64,000 nt of DNA from an uncultured Gemmatimonadales bacterium (GCA_963850905.1 CAWKMU010000004.1:649698-713697); one strand, 5' to 3'; positions 52,115-62,469 are shown, counted from the first letter of the stretch. Numbers and translations: made by a program. Notes: generated from the letters alone by a model not told the origin.

Positions 52115-52564
52115 TCAGGCCGGTGGCCCGACGAGGGACGCGTCGCCCACCTCGACCGGTGACCCGGCGTACGTGATCGCGATGGGCGCCGTCTCACGGA
52201 GCGTGTTGACAACCTGACAGCCACGCCCGGCAATCGTGACCATCTTTCGGCCGAGTTCGAGATCGGGACTGTCGGCGAACACGTCGAGCGTAAATGCGAC
52301 GAACCGCTCGGGCGTGCCGTCCATCGTCCCGCTCACTTCGACCCGGACGTTGCTCATTGCCGCGCTACGGGCATCGATCGCCGCGAGCAGATGGCTCGTG
52401 AAACAGCCGCCGAGCGCGACGAGCAGATACTCGCCGCCAGCCGGTCCGCGATCCAGTCCCCCTCTCCCGACGCTGCGGTCCACCAGGACGGAGTGCGTGC
52501 GAACTGTAGCCTGTGACGTGATCTGCTCCACGCGCCGGAGCGTTGCCCTAAGTGTCGTGCTCAT
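52115..52564 (-). CDS. OsmC family protein
   Basis: GGLDRGP..EYLLVALGGCF and GCQVVNTL cysteine pair. Confidence 0.85.
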   Translation of the reverse strand: MSTTLRATLRRVEQITSQATVRTHSVLVDRSVGRGGLDRGPAGGEYLLVALGGCFTSHLLAAIDARSAAMSNVRVEVSGTMDGTPERFVAFTLDVFADSPDLELGRKMVTIAGRGCQVVNTLRETAPIAITYAGSPVEVGDASLVGPPA

Positions 52565-52901
52565 CGGATTCTCCCGGTGGATAAAGAATGAGTGTATCGA
52601 GAGGTCAGCCCTCTCCGACCGCCCGTCAAGGCTAACGGCCTGATTTTCCGACCGGCACACACGCCGAACGGAGCCCTGTCAAATATGGGACACCCTCGGT
52701 AGGCAGACGGGCTGGATCCAGTCGACCTAATCAGAGTTGTTGACGGCATGCAAGGCGGCATCCCCCAGCTTCTGAAGGCGTACGTGCTACCACAAACTCG
52801 GATGCGGGCCACTAGTTCCCTCGTGTCGCGAGGCACAGTGGTCGTCATCTGGAGCACTCCGTGGGCGGAGGAAGGTTGGAGAGACCGGCGCGCCGGTTGC
52901 G

Positions 52902-53633
52902 TTAGACCGCGACGCGGCCGCCGTCGACGGGAACGACGGCACCGTTGAGGTAGCTGGCGCGGTCGGAGGCGAGGAAGAGAATTGTCTCCGCGATCTCCTC
53001 CGGCTGCGCAGCGCGGCCGAGTGGGATGGTGGAGACGATGGCCGCGAAGCCGTCGCCCATGGCCTCGGTCCCGCGCGTCAACGTCGGTCCGGGGGAAACG
53101 GCGTTGACCCGAACGCCGTGCGGCCCGTACTCGGCCGCCCACGCCTTGGTCAGGAGCGCCGTCGCGGCCTTCGAGGCGCCATACGCCGACAGCCCGGGCA
53201 TGCCGAACTCGGCGACCATCGTGGTGACATTGATGATCGCGCCGCGTCCACGTGCTGCCATCCGAGGCGCGATCGCCGCCGTCAAAAAGAACGGCGCTTT
53301 AACGTTCACCGCGAACGTCTCGTCGAACGCGGACTCTGGCAACTCGTGCGTGGGGCCGGCGGGGAAGACGCCCGCGTTGTTGACGAGGATGTCGACCTCG
53401 GACACACGCGCGGCGAGCGCCCGCACGTCCTCGGGCGAGGAGAGATCGGCGCGGATGAATTCCGCCTCGCCACCCTCGGCCGTGATCGAGTCGACCACCT
53501 CGGCCCCGCGCTCCGCACTGCGGCCGCTGATCAGCACGTGTGCACCCTCACGGGCCAGCGCCGCCGCCGTCGCTCGCCCGATCCCAGACGTTCCGCCCGT
53601 GACGAGCGCTGTCTTACCTGTCAGTTCGCCCAT
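52902..53633 (-). CDS. SDR family oxidoreductase
   Basis: TGGTSGIG, NNAG, YGASK. Confidence 0.92.
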   Translation of the reverse strand: MGELTGKTALVTGGTSGIGRATAAALAREGAHVLISGRSAERGAEVVDSITAEGGEAEFIRADLSSPEDVRALAARVSEVDILVNNAGVFPAGPTHELPESAFDETFAVNVKAPFFLTAAIAPRMAARGRGAIINVTTMVAEFGMPGLSAYGASKAATALLTKAWAAEYGPHGVRVNAVSPGPTLTRGTEAMGDGFAAIVSTIPLGRAAQPEEIAETILFLASDRASYLNGAVVPVDGGRVAV

Positions 53634-53656
53634 GGTGATTCTCCGCTGATCATGAT

Positions 53657-53707
53657 TGGACTGTGTAGTCCAGAATACGGTGTGACCACTGGACTGTCAA
53701 GTCCAGT
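53657..53707. promoter_or_regulatory. Twin palindromic TetR operators
   Basis: TGGACT-gtgt-AGTCCA (53657-53672) and ACTGGACT-gtca-AGTCCAGT (53688-53707) between divergent SDR and TetR genes. Confidence 0.8.
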
Positions 53708-53718
53708 CGCGCTACTTT

Positions 53719-54366
53719 GTGCTCATGCGCGACACCAAGGCGCCGGCGACCGACAGGGGACGGGCGACCCGGGAGAGGATCCTGCAAGCCGCGGCCGAGC
53801 TGGTGGCAGCGAAGGGCGCCGCCGCCATGAGCCTTGACGATGTCTGCGCGCGCGCGGGCGCCAGCCGCAGCCAGCTGTACCACTACTTCGAGGATCGCGA
53901 CGATCTCGTGCGGACCGTCATCGACGCCACGACCAACATGGTCATCGACATCCAGGGCGACCTGCTCAGCGACCTCGACTCCTGGACCGGAATCGGCCGG
54001 TGGTTCGACGCCCTCGTCGAGCTGCAGGTCCACCGCCAAGCCCGCGGCGGCTGCCCGATCGGCTCGCTCGTCGGCCAGCTCGCGGAACGGGACCCCGGCG
54101 CCCGGGCGGCAATCGCCGCCGGCCTTGATCGCTGGGAGGCCCATCTCCGGGATGGGCTTGTCCGGATGAAAGCGCTCGGGAAGCTACGTCACGACGCCGA
54201 TCCGTCAGCGCTCGCCACGGCGACGATGGCCAGCATCCAGGGCGGCCTGCTGCTCACCCAGGTGCGCCGCGACGCGGGCCAGCTCCGCATCGCTCTCGAC
54301 GCAGCGCGTGCGAACCTTCGCCTCAGTGCCAGCACCCGGCCGAATAAGAAAGGAGACGCCAGATGA
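53719..54366 (+). CDS. TetR/AcrR family transcriptional regulator
   Basis: TRERILQAAAEL..SRSQLYHYF HTH; GGCPIGSL. Confidence 0.92.
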   Translation: MLMRDTKAPATDRGRATRERILQAAAELVAAKGAAAMSLDDVCARAGASRSQLYHYFEDRDDLVRTVIDATTNMVIDIQGDLLSDLDSWTGIGRWFDALVELQVHRQARGGCPIGSLVGQLAERDPGARAAIAAGLDRWEAHLRDGLVRMKALGKLRHDADPSALATATMASIQGGLLLTQVRRDAGQLRIALDAARANLRLSASTRPNKKGDAR

Positions 54367-54421
54367 GCCTACGATTCGGACTGCTCGCCATCGCTGTCTG
54401 CGCGCATCCGCATTCGACCGG

Positions 54422-55198
54422 CTAGCCTTGCTGTCCTGCGGCTTGGAGGATCAGCCGCGTGATTTCGTCGGGGTGGGAGATCAGCGAGAGGTGGCTCGAC
54501 TTCACTTCGATGGTCGTGGCTCCCATCCGTTTGGCCATGAAGCGCTCGAGATCTGGGTTGATCACTCGATCTTCTGTCGATACCGCATACCAGCTCGGCT
54601 TCGACCGCCACGCCGCATGCGTGGTTTTGCCGGTAAGCAGTTCCTTCTGGAAGGGCCACTGGACCGCGTAGAGGACTTTGGCCTTTGCCTCCGGCAGGTC
54701 AGCAGCGAAATCGCGCAGGAACGCCTCCTCGGTGAGACGTCCTTCGTCGCCATCGAACACGATGCCGGCCGTCGCCGGCGGCGGCGGATAGGTCTTGGCG
54801 AGAGCTGCGTAGTCCTCGCCCGCATCCGGCGCTCGCGCCGCCACATAGACGAGGGCCGAGACGTTTGGATGTACGCCGGCCTCGGTCACTATCATGCCAG
54901 AAAAGGAATGACCCACGAAAACCGTCGGGCCATCCTGCCGCGCCAGCACTCGCTGGGCCGAAGCGACCGCGTCGGGGAGCGTCGTCAGCGGGTTTTGTAC
55001 CGCCGTGACGTTGAGACCAGCCGGCTGCAATCGCGCAATCACTTCGGACCAGCTTGATCCATCGGCGAACAGCCCGTGCACGAGCACGACGTTGCGCGCT
55101 TTTGTCGGAGCGAGGTGTGCGGCCCAGGCAAACCTGGAGGTGATCGAACCCGCCGCGGCGGCAAAAAGCGTGGCCGAGAAATCGCGTCTATTCATCAT
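54422..55198 (-). CDS. Tat-signal alpha/beta hydrolase
   Basis: MNRRDF, VLVHGLFADGSSW, GHSFSG, SSHLSLISHP. Confidence 0.88.
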   Translation of the reverse strand: MMNRRDFSATLFAAAAGSITSRFAWAAHLAPTKARNVVLVHGLFADGSSWSEVIARLQPAGLNVTAVQNPLTTLPDAVASAQRVLARQDGPTVFVGHSFSGMIVTEAGVHPNVSALVYVAARAPDAGEDYAALAKTYPPPPATAGIVFDGDEGRLTEEAFLRDFAADLPEAKAKVLYAVQWPFQKELLTGKTTHAAWRSKPSWYAVSTEDRVINPDLERFMAKRMGATTIEVKSSHLSLISHPDEITRLILQAAGQQG

Positions 55199-55295
55199 CG
55201 TGATTACCTCTTCTTTCGTCAAAGGGCTTATCAGAAGAAGGCAGTCCGGGAGCGTGCGGGCCGCGCGTCATCCCCCATGCTCCGCATCCATGCCG

Positions 55296-56798
55296 TCAGA
55301 GACCGGGGCGGATTTCACTAGGCTTTGCGCCCACCCGAGGAGAACGGCTCGCAACGTTCGCAACCCTTTCGTCAGTCCACTCCTGCTTCACTTCGCCGAG
55401 CAATTTCGTCAGATCCTTGATCTGAGCATCCTCGAGTGAGCGCACGGCATCCTTGATTTCCTGGAGCAGTTGCTCGTCGGCGTGGCCGGCCGCCAGCTTG
55501 TCGAGCTTCGCGTCAATGTCCTTCCACGTAAACGGCTGGGTCGCGAACCCGGGGTAATCCGACACCTCATGGCTAAACGACTTACCGCTCTTCAGCCGTA
55601 CCGTCACCCGGCTTGGAAAGCGGCTCGGATAGACGGCCGTGAAGGAATCGTCCGGTCTCACTGTGACCTTGCGGAGCAGGTTTTGCACGTCCGGCTTGTC
55701 AATCCGCCGCGGGTCGAGCTGCCCGGGCTGCACATCGCCATCAAGGAAGGCGACGGCAAGCAGGTAGGGCAGGCTGTGGTCAGCATCTTCCTTCGTCTGA
55801 ACGTTCGTCTTTGGACCGAAGCGTCCGCCACCGGTGAAGTCGTACGTGTCCTGGACAACGTCAGCCTCGATGCTCACGATCTGGCTCGGATCGAATGCCT
55901 GAGTCTTGCGCAACTCGAGCGCGCAGAAGATGGCGGATTGAGTAGGGACTGCGCTGTTGTAGCTCTTCAATGAGAGCCGGTCGAAACAATCCAGTTTCAC
56001 ACCGTCCCAGTCGACCTCGATCGACTGGCCGAGCGCGTACGCAATCCCGTCTGTCCCTTCGATCACATACTTTGGCCCGGTCACGCCGCGGGACGCCAGG
56101 AAGACAGCGTTGACGCACCCCAGCGCGATCTCGGCCGACGAGAGACCCTTCCATTGCGAGATCGGGGTTGTCCGCACAACCGTCAGAGGAATGCCATTGT
56201 CGCCGCAGATTTCGATTGCTGCCGCGCACTTTGTCTCGTCGAGCCCCAGTGCCTTCGACACACCCGCCCCTATTGAGAAGGCGAGCGGGGTTGTAAGGTC
56301 GAACCCGTGGGCCATCCATGGGGCGGCGTCAGTCAGTGTCGCATCGACCTGGTACGCGACCGCCAGCGCGATCAGGAAATCCTTACCCGAACCTCCGACA
56401 TGTTCGCAGGTGGCAAGGACCGCCCCCATGTTGTCCGACGGATGACAGAGCGTGCCATGCGAGAGGTAGCTGTCCATGAAATCGACGTAGCGAACCAGTG
56501 CCGTATTACCCAACGCGGCATACACGACATTGGCTTCCCCACCGCCGATCAGCGTGCAACGGGCGTCCGAATCGCCAAACTCCTTTGCCTGGGCTATGCA
56601 CGCTTCCGTCGGTCCTGCTCCCAAGGCGTTGATCGCGCACGCCAGGGAATCCAGGACGCTCACCTTGAGCCGCTCCCGCCGCTCAGGAGTGAGGTCCTCA
56701 TACGTCGCTCGACAGGCGAATTTCGCGATGCCCTCGGCCTGGCTCGGACCGCTGATGATGGCCTTGGGTTTCTGGGTGTCGCTCTCGGTCGAGGCCAT
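55296..56798 (-). CDS. MmgE/PrpD family protein
   Basis: VRYVDFMDSYL, CHPSDN, SQWKG, KEDADHSLPYLLA. Confidence 0.9.
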   Translation of the reverse strand: MASTESDTQKPKAIISGPSQAEGIAKFACRATYEDLTPERRERLKVSVLDSLACAINALGAGPTEACIAQAKEFGDSDARCTLIGGGEANVVYAALGNTALVRYVDFMDSYLSHGTLCHPSDNMGAVLATCEHVGGSGKDFLIALAVAYQVDATLTDAAPWMAHGFDLTTPLAFSIGAGVSKALGLDETKCAAAIEICGDNGIPLTVVRTTPISQWKGLSSAEIALGCVNAVFLASRGVTGPKYVIEGTDGIAYALGQSIEVDWDGVKLDCFDRLSLKSYNSAVPTQSAIFCALELRKTQAFDPSQIVSIEADVVQDTYDFTGGGRFGPKTNVQTKEDADHSLPYLLAVAFLDGDVQPGQLDPRRIDKPDVQNLLRKVTVRPDDSFTAVYPSRFPSRVTVRLKSGKSFSHEVSDYPGFATQPFTWKDIDAKLDKLAAGHADEQLLQEIKDAVRSLEDAQIKDLTKLLGEVKQEWTDERVANVASRSPRVGAKPSEIRPGL

Positions 56799-56983
56799 GG
56801 GTAATCCCTCGCTATTTGTAATCCGCTGGAAGATCCCGCGAACTGCCGACAGAATGTGCAGCAGGCATTGTCATCTCATTCAAATATCCCGATCGGCAGC
56901 ACAAAGGGCACCGCCGAAAGGATTCCCGCAAAATGCAATCCGTCATCCACCGCGAACATTGGTAACGGTTGCGAGTCCGAGAA

Positions 56984-57760
56984 ATGTCCCGCGTTTTTAT
57001 TACAGGGTCTACTGACGGAATCGGCCTCATGAGCGCCCGGCTTCTTCTCGAGCAGGGCCACCAGGTCGTGCTGCACGCACGCAGCGCGGCTCGTGCGGCC
57101 GATGCCCAGCGCAGCCTACCCTCTGCCGAAGCTGTGGTCGTGGGCGACCTTTCCAGCGTCGCTCAGGCGCGCGCCGTCGCCGAGCAAACGAACCGCCTGG
57201 GCCGTTTCGATTCAGTCATCCACAATGCCGGCGTGGGTTATCGGGAGCCACGCCGTATCCAGACAGAGGACGGTCTGCCGCACGTCTTCGCCGTAAACGT
57301 GCTCGCGCCCTACGTGCTGACAGCCCTGATCGAAAGGCCAAAGCGCATGGTATATCTGAGCTCTGGTATGCACCGAGGGGCCAACGCAAGTCTGGAGGAC
57401 GTCGAGTGGACGCAAAGACGTTGGCAGGGGGCGGAGGCCTACGCCGAAAGCAAACTGTGCGACGTGCTGCTGGCGTTTGCTGTGGCTCGGCGCTGGCCCG
57501 ATGTCCTTTCCAACGCACTGGAGCCAGGCTGGGTGCCAACTAAGATGGGTGGCCCCGGTGCCCCTGACGACATCGACCAGAGTCATCGAACCCAAGTGTG
57601 GCTTGCCGTGAGTAATGATCCTCAGGCATTGGTATCTGGGCGGTATTTCTATCACATGCATCAACGGGCGGCTGATCCTGCCGTTTACGACACAGCGCGA
57701 CAGAATCGATTGCTTGATATCTGCCGGCGGCTTTCAGACGTAGCTCTGCCAAACGGCTAA
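56984..57760 (+). CDS. SDR family oxidoreductase
   Basis: TGSTDGIG, HNAG, YAESK, PGWVPTKMGG. Confidence 0.9.
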   Translation: MSRVFITGSTDGIGLMSARLLLEQGHQVVLHARSAARAADAQRSLPSAEAVVVGDLSSVAQARAVAEQTNRLGRFDSVIHNAGVGYREPRRIQTEDGLPHVFAVNVLAPYVLTALIERPKRMVYLSSGMHRGANASLEDVEWTQRRWQGAEAYAESKLCDVLLAFAVARRWPDVLSNALEPGWVPTKMGGPGAPDDIDQSHRTQVWLAVSNDPQALVSGRYFYHMHQRAADPAVYDTARQNRLLDICRRLSDVALPNG

Positions 57761-58136
57761 AGGAAATTCGCGACAGAGCTCTCGTACCCACCCTGTCAAC
57801 ACACCGCGCTTGGACAGGCGGTAAGCGGCAAGCCGGTTGCGCTATGCGTTCGTCCTGTCGTCTGGACGACTCGCCGCACCGCGCGTGGTGGTGGTTCTTA
57901 TTTGCGGGAAGACGCCACGCTGGCCATCATAGCCCATGCTTGACACACTCGTTTGGGCAGGGGCTGCACTATCGGCTGGGGTCATCGGGATGTTCGTGTT
58001 CAAGGCTCCATTAACGAGACTGATCGATCGGACCAAGAGGGTAAACGACTCGGGTGGGAGGGAGGTGACGCGTGCGACGCGTCTGAGCCTGGGCCAGTGG
58101 GCGATGTCGACGCGGACGCGCGTTTGTTTGCAGGAG

Positions 58137-59159
58137 CTACCTGCTCTCGTCGTAGACCTCGTGGATCACGCTCACCAATGTATCGGGCTGATCAAACTCG
58201 ATATACTCCGAACTATTCGCCAAGAATATCTGTTTGGCGTTTGAGGACAGGTCCAACCAGCGCGCCTGCGCCAGGGCGATCTGGTGTTGGTACTCGAGCT
58301 CCTTCGGATCCGGGGTGTGGCTGCCCGGCAAGAAGTGAACACCGTGATTGCCCGTCGTCACCACTCGCACCGGACGCGAGCCGAGTGATCGGCGATGCTG
58401 CTGGAGCCATGCCTCATCCCACGGCACTTGCTCCATCTCGGAGATGTATGCGTCATACATCGCGACCTTGGTCTGCGCTATCCGCAGCAGCGTCGCGTTT
58501 AATTCTGAGGACCACTCGGACTCCGGTAGGCCGCGGAAGAATTGCTGGGCGCACGTGCGATCGGGCTGGCCGGGACGCGAGGGCAGCAGCGGTAGCGGCT
58601 TGCCCGCGGCGACCGCCTCACGGCAGTCGCGCAACCGAGCGGCGATCCTCGCGTCTCCCAGGTCGTCGGCATTCTGCATCGCCTGTGGTTCGACGTCGCT
58701 GGCGTCGGCTTCGGCGAGCACGAGCCCCGCGACATCCGGCGTGAAGAGATCGGCAAACGTGCGGGCAGGGTCACCCCCGAAGGCGTTGCCGACGAGGATG
58801 TACGGGCCTGCAATACCCGCATTCCGCAGCGCGCTGTGCAGCTCGGCGGCGATACGCACGCTCGTCCGCGGCATTGGACCTGCCCCGCTGAACCCCGCGC
58901 CAGCGCGGTCGTAAGCGCAGGCCCGCGTCCACTTCGCGACTCGTGGCTGCACGACCGCCCACGCGGGCGCCCAATCCTCCCACCCCGATTCGAAGATGAC
59001 GGTGGGCGAACCACTCCCCATGCAGTAGAGGCTCAGTCGCGCTCCGTCCGCCGCGACGGCAATTCGCCCGGGGCGGGTGTAGACCTCATCGCCGGGAGCT
59101 TCTCTCATCTGCATGCTGAGGAACAAGCAGGCGGTCAGTGCAGGCACGTGCAATCTCAT
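58137..59159 (-). CDS. Secreted alpha/beta hydrolase-fold protein
   Basis: CMGSGSPTVIFESG, CAYDRAGAGFS, GNAFGG in place of GHSxGG. Confidence 0.85.
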   Translation of the reverse strand: MRLHVPALTACLFLSMQMREAPGDEVYTRPGRIAVAADGARLSLYCMGSGSPTVIFESGWEDWAPAWAVVQPRVAKWTRACAYDRAGAGFSGAGPMPRTSVRIAAELHSALRNAGIAGPYILVGNAFGGDPARTFADLFTPDVAGLVLAEADASDVEPQAMQNADDLGDARIAARLRDCREAVAAGKPLPLLPSRPGQPDRTCAQQFFRGLPESEWSSELNATLLRIAQTKVAMYDAYISEMEQVPWDEAWLQQHRRSLGSRPVRVVTTGNHGVHFLPGSHTPDPKELEYQHQIALAQARWLDLSSNAKQIFLANSSEYIEFDQPDTLVSVIHEVYDESR

Positions 59160-59200
59160 GTTGGAACCTCCAGAACGTGGACCACAGGGGCAGCTCGCAT

Positions 59201-60136
59201 TCACGGCAGCGTCCGGGCGACGCGGAAGCCCATGATGGCGTCCCGAAACTCTGCAGGATTGCGTTCTCGGGTGGCCGGTCGCAGCAGCCACGCCGGAAAC
59301 ATCCACGAGCTGCCGCGATCAACGCGGAGGCAATTGCCGTGGCCGTCCTTCGCCTTGGGGTCGCTCGAAGGGGTCTCGTTCGCGCGCCCGTCGGCGGGAA
59401 TGCCGGCGTAGCTGTTGTCGTAACAGTCCTCGGTCCACTGCCACACGTTCCCTGCCATGTCGTACAGGCCGAACGCATTCGGCGGCTTCGCGCCCACCGG
59501 ATGTGTCTGGCCATGGTCGCAAAAAAGACCTTCCACTTTTTCGCAGCCGGAGTTGGCATTGAACGAGGCGTGGACCGGCGCGGCAGCGTCGTCATCGCCC
59601 CAGTAGAACTTGGTTGTCGTTCCGGCGCGTGCGGCATATTCCCACTCCGCTTCGCTGGGCAGCCGATAAGGCCCGTCTGCTGAGGCCGCGCCGCCACAAT
59701 GCGCCTTGCGGTTCAACCACGTGATGTAGGCTCCTGCATCGTGCCAGCTCACGCATACGACTGGATCACGGTCAGTCTGCGCATGGCCAGGATTTTCCCA
59801 AGTCATCTTCGGATCCTTCTCCCATTTGAAGATGGCGCGGCCGCTGCCGCAACCATCACCGGCCGGGTAGCCCGTCTCCCGAGCAAATGCCGCGTACTCG
59901 CCACGAGTGACGTCATACTTGCCCAGGGCAAATGAAGGCAATGAGACCTGATGTTGCGGGGCTTCATCAGCAACCGCGCCCATACTGCCACCGTGACTCG
60001 CGGCCCAGGATTTCTCCTCGGCTGATGAGCCCATGGTGAAGCTGCCACCGGGGAGAACGACCATCTCCAAAATGTCCCCGCTCAATGGCGCCAATCTCGT
60101 CTTGCCATCCCAGCATTTCTGCGACTCAGGTGACAC
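59201..60136 (-). CDS. Formylglycine-generating enzyme (SUMF1/FGE-sulfatase) domain protein
   Basis: FTMGS, PVVCVSW, RLPSEAEWEYAARAG, NAFGLYDMAGNVWQW, GFRVA; start uncertain. Confidence 0.88.
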   Translation of the reverse strand: MSPESQKCWDGKTRLAPLSGDILEMVVLPGGSFTMGSSAEEKSWAASHGGSMGAVADEAPQHQVSLPSFALGKYDVTRGEYAAFARETGYPAGDGCGSGRAIFKWEKDPKMTWENPGHAQTDRDPVVCVSWHDAGAYITWLNRKAHCGGAASADGPYRLPSEAEWEYAARAGTTTKFYWGDDDAAAPVHASFNANSGCEKVEGLFCDHGQTHPVGAKPPNAFGLYDMAGNVWQWTEDCYDNSYAGIPADGRANETPSSDPKAKDGHGNCLRVDRGSSWMFPAWLLRPATRERNPAEFRDAIMGFRVARTLP

Positions 60137-60220
60137 GTTTGGGCACGGTCGCGAAGCGACTGCACGCTATCGGCGGTCTCGTCAACGCGCCATACACGCG
60201 GGATGTGGCGCCCGAGCGGC

Positions 60221-60253
60221 GTGATTTCCTGCCCTTCTCGTGTGATTTCCTGC
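60221..60253 (-). promoter_or_regulatory. Direct repeat GCAGGAAATCAC x2, 21-bp period (putative LytTR site)
   Basis: gtgatttcctgc at 60221-60232 and 60242-60253, upstream of the FGE gene. Confidence 0.7.
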
Positions 60254-60266
60254 GGCCCTGCGGCCG

Positions 60267-61043
60267 CTATCGCTCGGCTCGGAGCAACCGACGAAGGGCG
60301 GGTTGATAGAAGCGGCTCGAGACGATCTTCGTCCCACTGCGGAGCTGCACGAGGAACGTCGTCTTTCCATAGCGTTCCAAGGTTCCAACCGCGCAGATGT
60401 TCACGATGGCGGAGCGGCGGACTCGGACGAAGGTGTCGCGTCCGCTGAGCCGCTGGGCAACGCGATCCATCGTTGTGCGCATGAGGTATGTGCGACCTCC
60501 CGAGTGGACTCGCACGTGGTTGCCGGCACTTTCGAACCAGTCGATCTGTCCGACGTCGAGCAGCGCGAGCCGATCCCTGTCGCGAACCACAAAGCGCTCG
60601 GCGGGCGGTGGGGCGACAGGCTCCGTCGCTGGACGCTGCGCGAGCACACCTTCCAGTCGGTCCGCGAGCGAGGCTCCCCGTTTCAAGGCAAGCAGCGATC
60701 CGGCCCGTTCGATCGCCTCCTGAAGCCGGACGGGGTCGACGGGCTTGAGTACGTAATCGAGCGCGTGCACTTCAAACGCCTTCACGGCGTGCCGGTCGTA
60801 CGCGGTCACGAACACAACGAGTGGCATCGCATCGAGCCCGATCTCCTCGATGATCGCGAACGCGGTTCCTCGTCCTAGCTGGATGTCGAGGAGTACGAGA
60901 TCCGGCCGCTGCTCGACGATCGCGACGACGGCGTCGGCGAGGCCCCCGCATTCTCCGACGCAGGCCACGCCGGGCAGCTGCGCTAGCTGTCGCCGCAGCC
61001 CTCGGCGTGCCACCAGCTCATCGTCGACAATGAGCACCCTCAC
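60267..61043 (-). CDS. LytTR family response regulator
   Basis: LIVDDE, LLDIQL, FVTAYD, DYVLKP receiver; SAGNHV, FVRVRRSAIVN LytTR domain. Confidence 0.93.
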   Translation of the reverse strand: MRVLIVDDELVARRGLRRQLAQLPGVACVGECGGLADAVVAIVEQRPDLVLLDIQLGRGTAFAIIEEIGLDAMPLVVFVTAYDRHAVKAFEVHALDYVLKPVDPVRLQEAIERAGSLLALKRGASLADRLEGVLAQRPATEPVAPPPAERFVVRDRDRLALLDVGQIDWFESAGNHVRVHSGGRTYLMRTTMDRVAQRLSGRDTFVRVRRSAIVNICAVGTLERYGKTTFLVQLRSGTKIVSSRFYQPALRRLLRAER

Positions 61044-62200
61044 GCCGACATCTCTTGGAACGGAAGGCGAACGTCGACCCTGGTCCCCGGCGCATCGGCT
61101 GAGTCCCCCAGTGGGGCGAGCGCCACCGTGGCCCCAGCTCCGTACAGGTGCCGCAGTCGGGCGCGCGTGTTGCGCAGTCCCACGCCCTCTCGCGCGGGCG
61201 CGCCACCCTCGATCCCGGAACCGTCATCCTCGACGGCGATATGCAAAACGTCCAGCTCCCGACGGGCACGCAGGCCGATCGTGGTACGCCGATCGCCTGA
61301 GGTGCCGTGCTCAAAAGCGTTTTCCAGGAGAGGTTGCAGCAGGAACACCGGGACACGCGCATTCATGACCCGTGGGTCCACCGCAAGGGTGACCGTCAGC
61401 TGCTCGCCGAAACGCCCTCGCTGGATGTCGAGATAGTCGCTCGCGAACGCCAACTCCTGTCGGAACGAGATCTCGTGCGCTTCTTCGTCCAGACTGCGGC
61501 GGAGCAGCGTCGAGAGCCTCAGGAGCATCTGCTGCGCCTTCGCGGCATCCTCGGTCATGAAAACCGAAATGGTATTCAACGTGTTGAAGAGGAAGTGCGG
61601 CCTGAGCTGCGATCGCAGCGTGTCGAGCTTCGACTGAGTGAGCTCCGTTTCGAGCGCCGACGCACTGCTGCGATAACGGAGCGCCGTGGAAACCATGACG
61701 ATTACGGCGTACAGGACCAGCCCGGCAAACAGTCCCCACACGAAAGCGGCGAGCCGGGAGCACGGTGCGGACCATACGGTGTGGAAACCACCGCTCAGGC
61801 CCGGAAGTTGGACCTCGCAACGGACGGGCGCGACTGCAGCCCGCGGCGCTGCGGCCTCACGGAGGACGCCGCCCGTGCTCCAAAGAGATAGCGCCACGGC
61901 TTGCAAACCTGTTGTGATCAGGTTGTGGACCGTCGCCAGGGTGATAGCGATGGTCGCGTGCGCGAAGAGAGGACGGTACGCCGGCTTCGCCTCGAGCGGC
62001 CAGCGACGCGCAGCCACAAGCACGACGGGCGTGAGAACGCCCCAAACCGCCCAGAACTCCAGCCCATTCCAAATGTCCCGGAGCGTGTCGACCGAGTGTC
62101 CTCGAGCGAGATCCATGCTGACCTCTTGCGCCGTGAAGAAGATCCCCACGACGAGTACCAGCGCGACAACGCGGGAGGTTCGCATGGCGTCAGACACCAT
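61040..62200 (-). CDS. LytS/YehU-type sensor histidine kinase
   Basis: TM helices, LRSQLRPHFLFNTLN, LQPLLENA, GVGLRN. Confidence 0.92.
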   Translation of the reverse strand: MVSDAMRTSRVVALVLVVGIFFTAQEVSMDLARGHSVDTLRDIWNGLEFWAVWGVLTPVVLVAARRWPLEAKPAYRPLFAHATIAITLATVHNLITTGLQAVALSLWSTGGVLREAAAPRAAVAPVRCEVQLPGLSGGFHTVWSAPCSRLAAFVWGLFAGLVLYAVIVMVSTALRYRSSASALETELTQSKLDTLRSQLRPHFLFNTLNTISVFMTEDAAKAQQMLLRLSTLLRRSLDEEAHEISFRQELAFASDYLDIQRGRFGEQLTVTLAVDPRVMNARVPVFLLQPLLENAFEHGTSGDRRTTIGLRARRELDVLHIAVEDDGSGIEGGAPAREGVGLRNTRARLRHLYGAGATVALAPLGDSADAPGTRVDVRLPFQEMSA

Positions 62201-62239
62201 GCGTAATCATGGATCCCGCCGTTCGGAGCGGCAATGGGT

Positions 62240-62272
62240 GCAACAAATCACCGAAAGGGGGCAGGAAATCAC
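62240..62272 (+). promoter_or_regulatory. Direct repeat GCAACAAATCAC/GCAGGAAATCAC, 21-bp period (putative LytTR site)
   Basis: Units at 62240-62251 and 62261-62272; same motif and spacing as 60221-60253. Confidence 0.7.
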
Positions 62273-62469
62273 GACGACATGTCCGAGGATGTGCGCCGCT
62301 GAGGCTGCGAAGCCTCTTCCGTTCTCTCATCGTTAGAATCGCGTCAGTCCTATCCACGCGCTCCCTGATCCTCCGTGGCTTAGCGGCCGCCGGTGATTAT
62401 CATCGGGGTACTACCGTGTCGATCCATAGAGCTGAGGACGGACACTCGCCCCCGACTTGACCGGAAAAC

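Noticed and set aside
57936..58244. 102-aa ORF with an N-terminal TM helix
   Set aside because: Only the first ~40 codons look coding and the rest is antisense to the hydrolase; possible stub, family not identifiable
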